Below are positions 12,038-24,043 of a DNA stretch of 64,000 nt, piece by piece (within the stretch, counting starts at the first letter, position 1; the number at the start of each line of letters is the position of its first letter). The stretch covers positions 186,001 through 250,000 of the forward strand of contig MU008209.1 of NCBI GenBank assembly GCA_010909165.1, read 5' to 3'. The position numbers and the translations under genes were made by a program. The DNA is from Anthoceros angustus (lineage: Eukaryota; Plantae; Anthocerotophyta). The notes under the pieces are model-generated. The model did not search any database. It was not told the DNA's origin and worked only from the letters and a program-made list of their open reading frames with translations.

Positions 12038-15000
12038 ATGGCAACCTCCTTGCAACAGCCTGTGGCGCCGTACGGTGACCAGGTTGGTGTGTCTGTCCAG
12101 TTAAGCCAACCCCAGAAGCTCGCTGTAACTTCACCCATCAACCATCCCCTGGTCATTCTTGCTGCAGCTGTAAGTGGAACATTCTGGAACAAGGAGGCTC
12201 AATTCAACCACATTCTCGTACCCATCTTCAGAAATCTTTGGGGCTGACTGATAAGGATTGGACAAATTGTGTTGGTTCGCAGGGATCTGGGAAAACGCTG
12301 GTTCTTTGTCATCGGATTTTGCATCTGATCTCCGAGGTAGTCTAAACTTGCTTGACTTTGTAATAGGTCTTTTGAACTGGATGTGAGCTGAAATGACTAA
12401 TTCATGCTGGTGTCAGGGTGTGGATCCCGCGGACATTCTAGCTTTGACGGTATGTTGATAGGTACGACGAGCCTGTGTGTGGTGGATGGTTTTTATGTGG
12501 AGGTGATGAGATCATGGACTGTCCTGCTTGCTGCTTGCAGTTTACTCGAAAAGCAGGAAACGACCTTCGCTGTAGAGTACACACAGTTGCAAGTACCCTG
12601 AAGGAAGGGAGGGGTAATGGATTTGGCAGTCTGGCTGCCATCAGGGTCGGAACATTTCACTCATTTTGCCTCTCCATACTCCGGGCTTTCCCTGTTCAAG
12701 CTGGATTGTGTCCTGACTTCGTTATCTTCACACCTAAGATGCAGGTTAGTCCTCTGCTATTTTGCTCAACACTCTTGGTTTGCGAGCTACCAGACTAACT
12801 ACCCTGTATTGCTATTCTGCACTGCAGATGGAAGTATTACAAGACCTGGTTCAGAACTGGTTTCTTGGCAAGCAGGGTCAGGGAAGAGCTGAGGTACTGA
12901 CTAGGTGGTGCCAAGTTGTGACAAATCAATGTTAGATTCCCATTTCGACTTGAAGGTTGTCTCTGGCATGGTTTGATGGTCACCTTCTTTGCTGTTAAAC
13001 AGGGCGTATCGACGTGTACACCAGAGCAGAAAGCCATATTCAGATTAGAGGCGAGAAAGATATTTCAACGAATTTTGAAACTCGAGAGACAGAAAAACTG
13101 CAAGGCCCTTATTGACGAAGCTCCGTTAACAGACGACGACAATATCTTCAGCTGGGTATATCACCAGTACTGCCGGGTCTTGCAAGACGCCAACGGTGTT
13201 GATTTCAACGCTTTCATCAGGTCTGGTGAGCTGAAGTCACTTCACGTTGCAATGTTCTGCGCAGTTGTATTCTACAAGTAGTTTAACATTTCCTGGTCTC
13301 CAGGCATGCTATCAAAGTATTTAAAAACCATCCAGAAGCACTGCAGCAACCAGAAGTACGTGCTCGTTATGTTTTGGGTATGATCAGCTTCTTCATCCTT
13401 TGCCAAAGTCTTCCCAAGGATGGGGGTTATGCTTTCAGTCAGCACTGATGTCTCCTTATACTTTGTAACGCAGTTGATGAGTTTCAGGACACTGACTCCG
13501 ATCAGTTTGAGTTATTAAAGCTGCTGTGCAGCAGTCACAAATGCCTTACTATTGTGGGAGATGATGACCAGCAAATCTACTCCTGGAGGGGGGCTGCCGG
13601 GTATTTGAACTTCCTAGCTTGTGAAGAAGTCTTTTCCAACGTGACCACTGTGAAGCTGGAACAGAATTTCAGAAGCACTGGTGCAATCGTTGCAGCTGCA
13701 CGACGCCTGATAGTCAGGAACAGGAACAGGATGCCCAAGTCCATTAGGACTTTGTCACCACCAGGCCCTCTTCTCACAATCTGTGAATGCCGTAATGAGC
13801 ATTGTGAGGCTGCTGCTGTGGCTGACCAAATACATGCATTGTACAAGCAAGGCATTATGTACCATGACATGGCTGTACTTTATCGAGTGCATCGAGTGGG
13901 TGTGGAGGTGCTTCATCAGTTGCGAGCTAGGCACATTCCTTGTGAGTTCAAAGGCTGTTCTCTCACGCAGGTTGACGGGAAAGTATTTCTTGGCAGTGCT
14001 GCAGCTGGTGCTAGAACAAGTGACGGTAAAAGGCGGGTCGTCGATGATGTTGTGGCAGTATTGCGGCTTGTTGTCAATGAGTTTGATGACCTCGCATGCC
14101 ATCGGCTATATGACCTGTTCTGTCAGAACCCCAGTCCTGCAGTTTCTGCCTGCATCTCCCACCTCATGGCGACTCACAGAATGCCTGCAATGCAGGCGGT
14201 GAGATGCACCCGCTCTCACCTTCTTGGCCTTCTGGTATGTAAGGAGCTTTCCGGTTTTGCTTCAGCTGAGGCTAGCAAAAGAAATTCGGATTCGCAAGAC
14301 AAGTCGCTGGGTGGCTTGCACACGCTGCTGAAGGTTGTAGCAGCTACGAAGGACGATCTGAAGTCTATGGGATTAAGGGACCTGGTGATGAATGTTGTGC
14401 AACAAGTTGGTCCATGCAGAGATGCAGGTCACAGTACTAAGTTGAGGACCGAGGAGAGCCTGAGGTCTGGCAATCAACCAAAGCGATTGAAAGGCGGCTC
14501 TGTCAGAGAACCAGGAGAAATTCCAGGCCAAGTTGCCGGCAACTTTGAGTTCGCAGGGATCAAAGCGCTTCTAACAGAAGCTGCTTCATTTGAGAAAGAA
14601 TATCAGGCCTCCATCTCAACCCTTCAAAGGAATGGTAGGAGTCTGTTCTGGAGGAAGTTCGTTGATCTGAATTAGCTGCCTCGTGCAAGTGTTTCCCAGG
14701 GTGATACTTCGGTTGTGTGTGCAAGAATTTAACAGAAATCTTCTGCATGAATGTAGGTAACAATCGATATGGCAGCAAGCAGAAAGGCCAAAGGAAAGCG
14801 AGCAAGGTGGTGACTCTCGCATCTCTTGAGGCCTCCTCTGCCAGCGCATCACATCAGGTTTGGGAAACTGCCGTCCTCAAGATGAAGGCTTTCTTGGACA
14901 ATGTTGCCCTGAGGAGCTTTGAGCACGAAGTTGGTGAGGTCAGTGATCCAAGCAGTAACCAAAGCCACAGGGAGGCCACAGGATCTTCTGGAGCTACCCC

Positions 15001-15963
15001 AGCCCGAGATAATGTAGTGACGTTATCCACTATTCATCAGGTATGTTTCTAGATGGATCAGGGATACACCATGACTGCAGCTACGGTCTGGTTTAGGAAT
15101 TAGCCTCAAGGGCATCATCGGTTACTTGTTTTTCTCCAGGCCAAGGGCCTGGAGTGGACCTCAGTCATCCTCGTCCGAGCAAACGAGGGAGTCCTACCAA
15201 TTGTCGACTCCACATGTTTTGCTCAACTTGGGGAGAGTCCACAATGCCTCCAAGAAGCTGAACAGAAGGACCCAGGTGCTCCAGCTCCTGGAGGGGACTG
15301 TGAAGACAGGTCCTGCCTATCTCAAATCGAAGAGGAACTTGAAGAAGAGGTAAGTTCCTCGAGATACAAGAGTTGAGGATACGCTGTTGATTGCCGAGTT
15401 GCTAACAACACAAGGGTGCTTACTTCTGCAGAGGAGATTATTCTACGTAGCTTTGACAAGAGCAAGACGGTTCGTTATGGTGTGAAAGCTGCCACCTTGC
15501 TCCTTTTCTCTTTCCCTTTCCCTTGTCTCAACTGCCTGCTACGGTGCATACCCATCAAGCCTCTCCGTGGGTGTGTCTCAGGTAACGCATGTACTGATGG
15601 ACGGGGGACAGCAGCAGATAGCATCGCGCTTTCTCTCAGACATACCACCAGGTGAGCAGGATGCCCACCTGACAAGCCATGGTGGAGAATACGTAACACT
15701 CACGTAGCTGGCTTCCTCGCCTGCCAGGTCTCACGCAAAGGATATCCCGGTTCGACAGCAACGCCACAATAGAGGTGCCAAAAGAAGCACCACCTCAGGT
15801 GACACCCGAACCCGAGACTCCAGTGGACGAAACGTGCATATTTCAGTCTCCCTGCCGTCCTCGGAAATCACGTACCACTACAGCTGGAGCTGCTCGGCAC
15901 CATACAAGAAGAAACCGGAAGCAAGGTACTCGTACAAGTGTGAAGAGGTTGGTGAAGGACTGA
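12038..15963 (+). CDS. SF1A UvrD/PcrA/Srs2-type ATP-dependent DNA helicase (multi-exon)
   Basis: Q-motif (LSQPQKLAV), spliced Walker A LAAA|GSGKT, ILALT|FTRKA, GTFHSFC, YVLVDEFQD, VGDDDQQIYSWRGA, LEQNFRST, STIHQ|AKGLEW, EEERRLFYVALTRAR. Canonical short introns. Confidence 0.9.
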
Positions 15964-16364
15964 AAGTTTCTGGAAGGAATTTCAGGCTGCTTATAATCAC
16001 CTGGCCCATCTTCCATAGCCTGCGAAATGGGCGTAGTACAGGGACAGCATGTGAAGAGGGGACTTCCATGTGGACAGTGTGAACATTCCTGGACTGTCTC
16101 TGTACTAGACCCGGTTCCGGGCACCTACCAGGTATCCACTTACTTTCCAGTTCCACCTAACTGATAATGAGATCCCAGATTACCAACAAAGAAGCCGGCA
16201 GATCAAGGACTCTGATGAAGTTCGGAGACTATACCTCCTGTGCACGGCAACAGGTGCTCTGTATGTACAACACTACAGTCACGGACGGGGTAGCTACTAC
16301 CTACTTGGTACCGGTGTTGGTGTTCCGCCACTCCAACCCCAACCCATGATAGTGGGTGATGTGA

Positions 16365-18154
16365 TCAATGTGCAGGAGACTGGAATTGGGGTTGTTTTCT
16401 TCTCCAAATGGTCCTGCCCCTAAGAATTTCGGAGCTGTCCGCCTCAGTCCTGATGAGATGGGTGTAAGTCTGGTTCGAGGGAGTGCAGGAATCCTCGCAC
16501 GCTTGGGGCCTATCGCATGTACAGTCCCTGTTGCAAGAACCCAGCTCGTCATGCTGTACTGGGCTGAAGGTGCAGGCCTCGGCATCCTCATCCTCATCCT
16601 CATCCTCATCCGAAGCTTCTCGGCTGCTCAGAGCTTGCACGGTGTCTCGCTGCCCACACTCCTTTCTGTACTCCAGAATGATGGTCGCCAGCTCATGAGA
16701 CTCCATCAATGGAGCCGGAAGAGTCTGCACGTATGCGCGTTTGTAAGTAATGACAACCTCCCTTTCCCAACAACAAAATCAACCGCTTCCACGGACGCTT
16801 GTGTGAGATGCAGTACCTCCATCATCCAGCCGATGTACTTCACGTTGTTGACGTGCTGATTCATGTCCAAGTCGCTTCGCTTCGGCTGAAATCGCAGCAC
16901 AAGCGCAACGGAAACAGTGATGAGCAACACGGACAGACACAACAGGATGCGGCCGGCTACCGGCTACCGGAAAGAAATCTGTCCGTACCATGAGGTTTGA
17001 CCGGATGCAGCCCGCGGACGCGTCGTCCAGCTTGGAGATCTTCCTCCCCGCGGCTTCCTGCTCCGCCATCGCCGTCCGGTCGATGAACCATGGAGAAATC
17101 TCGTCGCGCACATCCTGCGGCATCTTGGACAGCCTTCGCGTCACCTTGTTCATCATCACCCACGTGCTGCGCAGGCCGATTTTCCGTCAGTCGTTCAGTC
17201 TGAACCCGGCGATCACAGCAACGTTCAGTACCATGTACGCAAGGAGATGGATGAATTCCGGCATCCACCTGGTGGCCCGGGCGAGAATTTGGCCCGATTT
17301 GTAGTCCCTGACGAGCCAGTCTCTCCGCATCCCGTTCTTCCCCGACGCTCCGACCCAGGAGTCGATCTCTATCACGTCTCCCCTGGTCGGACATGGCACA
17401 AGCACAGGATGTGAATCGACTCCATTCGTGGGCAGATGGTGAGCAGAATTGGATGGAACAGGAGAGGATAATTACCAGGCAGGGTATCTGTCCACCTGCA
17501 CATGCATGCGCGTCACGACCCAAATCAGCTGCCCCCGCACCATGGCGTGGGTGGCTCCGAATCCGTCCCCGGCCAGCCCCGACACCCAGACGTGATTCAG
17601 CGCCACATCCTGCAAACGTTCCCAGCGCCGTGGAATTCATGAGCCCTGAGACGGCTCAAGGAAGCGTCAGGCACGGGGTCTGAAAGACGTCCTGGCTTGC
17701 GCACCTGGAAGAGGTTGTTGAGGGCGTCGATGGAGACCGTCTTGTCGGCCCCGACCTCGTAGGAGCGCACGACGAAGGTCTGGCGGTAGACGGCATTGGC
17801 CTCCACAAGCCGGCCGTGCCGGAGGTGGTTGAGGACATCCACATCCACGTCGCTGATCCCGGACTTGGGCAGCTCAACCTGGATCTCCTTCCGCTCCAGG
17901 GGTGCCAATTCCGGTCCAGGGCTGGGATGGAGCTGCATCGGCATCGGCAGCGGCAGCGGCAAGGGCAAGGGAAGCGGGAGCGGGAGCGGGATGCTCTGCT
18001 CCTCCACCCGCACCGCGGCCGCGCCGTTCACGTTCCCGCCGCCGGCGCATTTCACCGTCATGGCCTTCCCCCAGCTCGCTCCCTGCACCCTGCGCTGCGG
18101 CGCCTCCTGCAATCGGAGCGCACACCCCGGGAGCCTTGCGAGGGCCGCGGCCAT
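16365..18154 (-). CDS. Plastid acyl-ACP thioesterase (FatA/FatB family), multi-exon
   Basis: RQTFVVRSYEVGADKT, WVGASGKNGMRRDW, WVMMNKVTRRLSK, DLDMNQHVNNVKYIGW, LEYRKEC, RGRTIW motifs. Transit peptide from ATG 18154. Confidence 0.95.
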
Positions 18155-19246
18155 GGCTGCTGCCCGAATGATCTCGGCGATGTCCGAGAACAGCGAGTGA
18201 AAGCGGAAGTTGGGGTATGTGGCACGGTAGGTAGGTAGTCCGGTTCGAGACGTGAGCTTGAGCTCCAGCTCCAGCTCCAGCTCCAGCTCCAGCTCGAGGC
18301 TGTTGCGATTGCTGGTCTGCCTGCCTGCTCCCAAGCGCTTTAATCCTTAAGCGGACCCACGGACCCGGCGACAAAGCAGCCTGTCGTCGCGGATTCATCG
18401 AGGCCGCTGACCAGTGCAGTGTCCCGGCCTCCGCTGCGTCCCTGGCTCAAGGACCCCGCACACCGCACCCCCGTAGTTTGGTACGCCTGACTGTCTTGTT
18501 TGTTGGCCTCCAAACAAGGGGTTGGTGCTAACTGCGAGCGAGCCGGGAGGCCTCTTCCCACTTCCCGATTCGCTGCACTTCCACCTCTTGTCGCCCAGCG
18601 CTAGGAAAGGCCCGTCATTCCCTTGTTTCTTGCTGTCCCCCGCCTCCGGGTTCTTACGCAAAACCCCGAGGCCACGACAAACGCTAGGGTTCGAAATTGT
18701 GGCCACCGCGCTCCGGCTTCCATGTCCTTGCGATAGCTCGCCTTGTACTTTTCGGCCAATTCCGTGTGCGCGATGCGAGAAACTAGGTCTGCTTTGTCGC
18801 CGCGCGCTTTCCAGTGGGGTACGCTGCAAACAGTGAATCCTGAATCTTGAGCATCAAGTGTCAGTGCGATGGTGGAGGAAAGGCGACAGTCATTTGCAAT
18901 TGCCGAATCTGTTGTAAACAGGCTTCAATTTACTTCCTGCCTCAGGCTCAATTCCTCGCAACAGCCATAGCTACAGCTGCAGCTACAGCAGTCCGGAGTA
19001 AACTCTTCTTCTTCTTCTTCTTCAAGATTCTTCTTCTTCATCAAGATTCTTCTTCTTCGTCAAGATTCTTCTTGTTCTCGTCAAGATTCTTCTTCTTCTC
19101 TTCTTCTCCTTCTTGAGAGTATGTGCTTCTTCAGTTCTTCTTCTATCAATTCGCTAGAAGCTATGTAGTAGCTACTGCATCAACTACAGGCTTGGATCAC
19201 TGAAGTCACTGCGAAGCTCAAGACAAGCGCCATCTCTGGCTGAGGC

Positions 19247-19501
19247 TCACAGGCGTGGCAACAATCCGCGGTTGGAGCTGTACTTGATGACGTCCGCGAG
19301 AGTCGCGCTGGGAGGCCTTGATTTCTTCATCCTGTCCGACTGCTTGCGATTGGCGCTCGATTTGGCGGTGTTGCCGGCGTTCGATTTGGCCTGCTGCTTG
19401 GAATTGGATGAAGGTTGAGCTTCGGGATCCGATGGCTGCTGCTGCTCCTGCTCGGCTGCAGCGCGGGGAGCCACGCGGGGGCGTCGCAGGCACGCTGCCA
19501 T
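19247..19501 (-). CDS. 84-aa small protein, paralog A of a two-member family (C-term ATLADVIKYSSNRGLLPRL)
   Basis: ATG-to-stop intronless ORF. The C-terminal 19 aa are 14/19 identical to ORF 30172-30420, with mostly synonymous DNA differences. Confidence 0.75.
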   Translation of the reverse strand: MAACLRRPRVAPRAAAEQEQQQPSDPEAQPSSNSKQQAKSNAGNTAKSSANRKQSDRMKKSRPPSATLADVIKYSSNRGLLPRL

Positions 19502-22500
19502 TGCGGATATTGTGTAGGCGGAGCTGCTGCGCTGAGTGGGAGCTGAAGTGGGAGTGACTGCGAGGCTAGGCTAGCACTCACCTTGGAAGCGTGATTGCGA
19601 GCTTGAGTCACGATGCTTGCGAGGTTGCAACCTGTTGAAGTACAGGCAGTGTTTAAACAGACTTGTCTTAGAAAGAAGTAGGAGTCGACATATCTGGATG
19701 CCTCCGCAGCTTGAGCTTGACACTGTTTAGAGCGCGGCGGCGAGAAGCTTGTGACGCCGGAAGGCTTTGCGTTACAACTACAAGTCATGCTTAATTCCTA
19801 GGAGTCGACTTTGCCTGAGAGAACTCAAGTCTGGAGTATATGTGAAATGGTGTCGTAGTGGAGTCACAGAACAGGAGGCTTGATCCGGAGCGTATGTTAG
19901 GACATTCTGCAGATGACACTGAGCATGCAGTGCTGATCCCAGGCAGAAGACTGGAACCATCAAAGACCCTGCATGGCTGGTAAATAAGGCTAGAGCACTT
20001 TGAAACTCATCTTCAAGCCGACAAGAGCTGTGGTCTACGGCAGCCTGACCCGCCGGCGCTCCAACCACATTTTCAGATGCTCCATCGGAGGCCACCACTG
20101 TCATATGTCACGAGTTCTTTGAAGAGAAAGCTATGGGTATCTACCGCAGAGTGCAGTGCATGCTTCAATTGCCAGGCGCGAACTCCAAGTCTTAACTCAC
20201 GTTTCGACGTTTCACCAACTTCTACCAGGCCATAAGCACTGCGCTTGCTTCCATCTTCCATCGGCTAAGAAAGGGACCCCTGGAAGCCCAGTCTTGGTTC
20301 GCTTAGTTTGCTTCGCAACCTTTTTGCTTTGGCCTTCCCAGTAGGAGAGTGGTATCTGCAGCTAGGACTTCAGATGCATCTCATGATCCTGTCAGCCAAT
20401 GCCATGACGGGTTCTTGACCAGTGTGACCTTCCTCAGCCTCGACCTGGTTTAACTCTTTAGTCAAAGTAACACTGCTGTGGAGTGGACCAGCAGCAGCCA
20501 AAAGGATCAACAGCGAGCTTCTCGATGATACTAATCTGTGTGGATTCCGAAGTGCAGAACATCTAAAATACAGCGGAAGGCAGCCTGTAGGAGCAGAAGC
20601 CGTTGCTCCGGCGGAGAAGCAGTTCCTCAAAAGTGTAATGAAAGCTTTAGAGCCGTGTAATGGTGTAATGAGGTTAGCCATAGCTGCCGTGCTTCCAGTG
20701 ACGGAGACACGTCGGAATGGAGCCCGACAGAGACAGTGCGAATGATGCACGGGTCGTGACTCGTGACTCGATTGCCGTGCATGCTGAGGACGGATTGTAT
20801 TCAGAGGTTTCGTCATCAGCCTGCTCCCGACCGGTTGGCCAGCGTGTCCGGCTCGCGCCACATTTTCCGTCATTTCGGCTCGCTCTGCCATCCTCTGCAT
20901 GCATCTGCTGCTTCTGCTTCTGCTGCGTCTGCGGCGAGCCGTTGAATGGGCGCATCACGAACCGCGGCACCTCCACTGCCTGCGCAGCTTGCAATACAAG
21001 CGCAAAAACTGCTAGCAGGACTGCCGGATGGCCCCTACTTCGCCGAGCATCCGAGCATCCTCCGTGTAGGAGCCACACAAGGAGGCACGGATCAAGTTAC
21101 GTTTATATGGCTTCAAATGTAGTAGTGCCTAGGGGTAGCGCCCGGAACGCCCGGGGACGATGCGGGAGCAGATGGAACCACTCGACGCTGCTCCTGCTGC
21201 ACATGCTCATTGCTCAAGCAGACCATCGAATTCGTTCTGCGTGTCAGCGACTTCTTCTTGAAATTGATAGAAGAGGCAGAATCAATTCTCTGATCTTCTT
21301 TAGCTTGTTGGAGGGTTCCGTCGGCTGACACAATCGACTCCGAGAGTTCCAGGAGCAGAAGCAGGAGTTGAAGTACTGGATGATGTTCAGCCTGAGCAGC
21401 TTTTCATTGCTGAAGTGGACTCTGTGCTTGTACCTCTAATGCACCAGTTCTAGGTGAACCCCAGGTGTTGCTAAAGTGGTTCCGAAAGCAGGACATGACA
21501 TTGTGATGTTTTCATGGGTCAGGAACGAAAATTCAAGCATTGGAATTGCAGCAGCCTTTCACCCTGTCAAACAATGCAGCCGGAGGTATTCATCCATAGT
21601 CTGAAGCTGTGCCATCGGATGAAGATTCTGCGGACCTTTTTGGGAGCCTCCAAGACGGTATGCTCCTTTCAAAGTACAAGTACAGGTATCTTGGCTTATG
21701 TGAAGCTCCCGTTCTTCAATACCTGGAACGACATCGCATACTCCTTCCGAACTACGAGTTCAGGTATCATTCATTGCTTATTAGTAGTTTCCGTTCTTCA
21801 GTAACTGGAAGGAAGACGGGGTTTTCGTATTTCGCTTCTGAGATTGACAGAAATTGTGCACTAATTATGTTCGGAAAGAGGTCCCAATAGAAGAAGTTCT
21901 CGTGCACGCGCTTTTGAAGTCCTGTTCCTTTCGAAGACCTTTGGTGGGTTTGCAGAGGGTTTTGTTTGCTGAAGGGCAACCAGCTTATTATCAAGACCTC
22001 GTCATGGATGCCTGTCATTCTCAACTTGCGTGGAGTTGCAGGAAAGGCCAAATGCATCCCCTCACTGCCGTGCAATGAATCAGGCGCCGCTTGCAAACCT
22101 CTGGAGGTAATTGTGAGTTATTTTTCTTGCTGAGAAGTTTGCAGCTAGTTCTGAATGGAGCTAACGATTTACCCCTGCATAATCCCTGCAAACCGAGGAC
22201 AAGATGCTTCTTGTTAATGCCATTGCTTTATACTGATTTTTCTTGTTCTGTCAGTGTTTCACGCTTCGCTTGTTTCCTCGTCAAGCGTGGAGCGTGGTTT
22301 GGACAGGGTTCGCTCGGATTGGGGTTTGATTTGTCAGCATTTTCTGAAGTGCAGCAAATCTAGTACCGTGTGCGGCAGAAAGGAGGCGGCAAGTTCGCTG
22401 TGCGAAACCGGGGGAGGGGAACCCACGCAGCGACAAAGCCTCCAGACCTGGCGGAGGTCTCGGGAACATTGACGAGTGTCTGCGACCTATGCAAGGTCTG

Positions 22501-24043
22501 TATATAGTATGCGTGTTTCTTCTATGGGGGCCACAAGACATGGGGTCGGTGCTTACTGCGAGACTCGAGCTTGCCAGCAAGCTGATTTTGTCCACTTACG
22601 ATCAGCCAACAAGCATCGACTACATACATTCACAGGTAGAACCTGGTTACAGCGGGATGTTCCTTGGGTTCTGCTACCTTGGGAGAGACTCCGGAGAATC
22701 CCAAGGATCCCATACAGCAAAATGTGGCTGCAGAATTCTTCCCAGCTTTGGAAATAGAGACCACATGCGCTTGGCGAGAAAGGATCCAATACTGGGTACA
22801 ATAGAGTACAAAAGAGGAAAAGACCTGCCCTGTGAACAGGCCTTCAAAGCAGAGTCAGATGGACAGTTGGATGTGTCACAAAACCCTCGACAGATAAGCC
22901 AGCCGTGAGGAATACAACAGTGAATGTGCAAGGACATGGTAAAACTGAACTGGGCAACCGCCCAGCAACTGCTGAACAACTGTTGCATAACTGCCAATTA
23001 TAGAGACTAGTCCCGTCTCTGCATCAAGTACTTCGAAGTAAGCAATCTGGAAGAGCGCTTGTACACTTACTGGAGAATGATGTCCTCGACGCCCAAGACG
23101 ACGACTTTGTATAGGAAGCAGGACCGGCAAGAGTTTACAACTCAAATGAAGTAGCAAAATTCAAGCTTCCTCACTTCACACACAAGAGTACAACTCACGG
23201 AAAACCAAAACACCTTAGAGTACAGTGGGATCAGAGCACAGCGCTACGCCTGGTAATGTATAGGAAGGAGAATACACGCCGCCTGCCCGTGGCGAGACCA
23301 GCCTCTACAGAACTGGGCAAAAATAAATTAGCAATGCCTACCCTACTGTTAAACCATTTATCCAGAGCCACTAGTGAGGTTCGCCGGCATGATTACTGTG
23401 GTGGGCAATAAACTCAAAATGGTAGTGTGGCTAACCATGTTGCCTGGCTGCTTTCAGATATTTCACCAAATCGATGTACTCCGATCAAACCAGACGTCCT
23501 GCGGACCTGCGGAGGCTTCGATGCCTTCAATGCTTGATAGCTATTGCATCTTGATCGCAGGTGTAATCTCAAACTCCTTACAGTCCAAAGTACTTTGTTT
23601 GACTACAACAGCTAGAGCAACCCTCAGACTCCTGCCAAGGGATCGCCTCTATTTGCTGCACAAACGGGGATGCCAGATTTTGGCATCTGAATGTCAAGAG
23701 GGACACCAGTGATTAGAGCTCCTGCATCCTCTGTGTCGGTAATATCTCAACCTCCTTGCCATCTGCCATATAGTTAACTTAAAGCTGAGATATAATAAAC
23801 CTGATGGACAAGATATATCCATGCCGCCGCCACTACACTTAACTACAACCAGATCCACAGGCCTCCGTCCGACCAACAGCATAAATTAGTGGTTGAAGGA
23901 GCTCTTGGACACAAAGGTAAGGTATGGTATTGCTGCCACCGTTGCATGCTTCCATAAGTAGTACTCAGCTCCCAAGGAGCTCCAGCTCTTATTCTAAAAG
24001 AATTGGTGATTAGTAGTTCCGAAAAACGGCACTCACCGTGCAG

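Noticed and set aside
22489-22908. ORF containing DYIHSQ, reminiscent of phytosulfokine DYIYTQ
   Set aside because: Only partial motif match, mid-ORF rather than C-terminal, no convincing signal peptide or dibasic processing context; likely chance.
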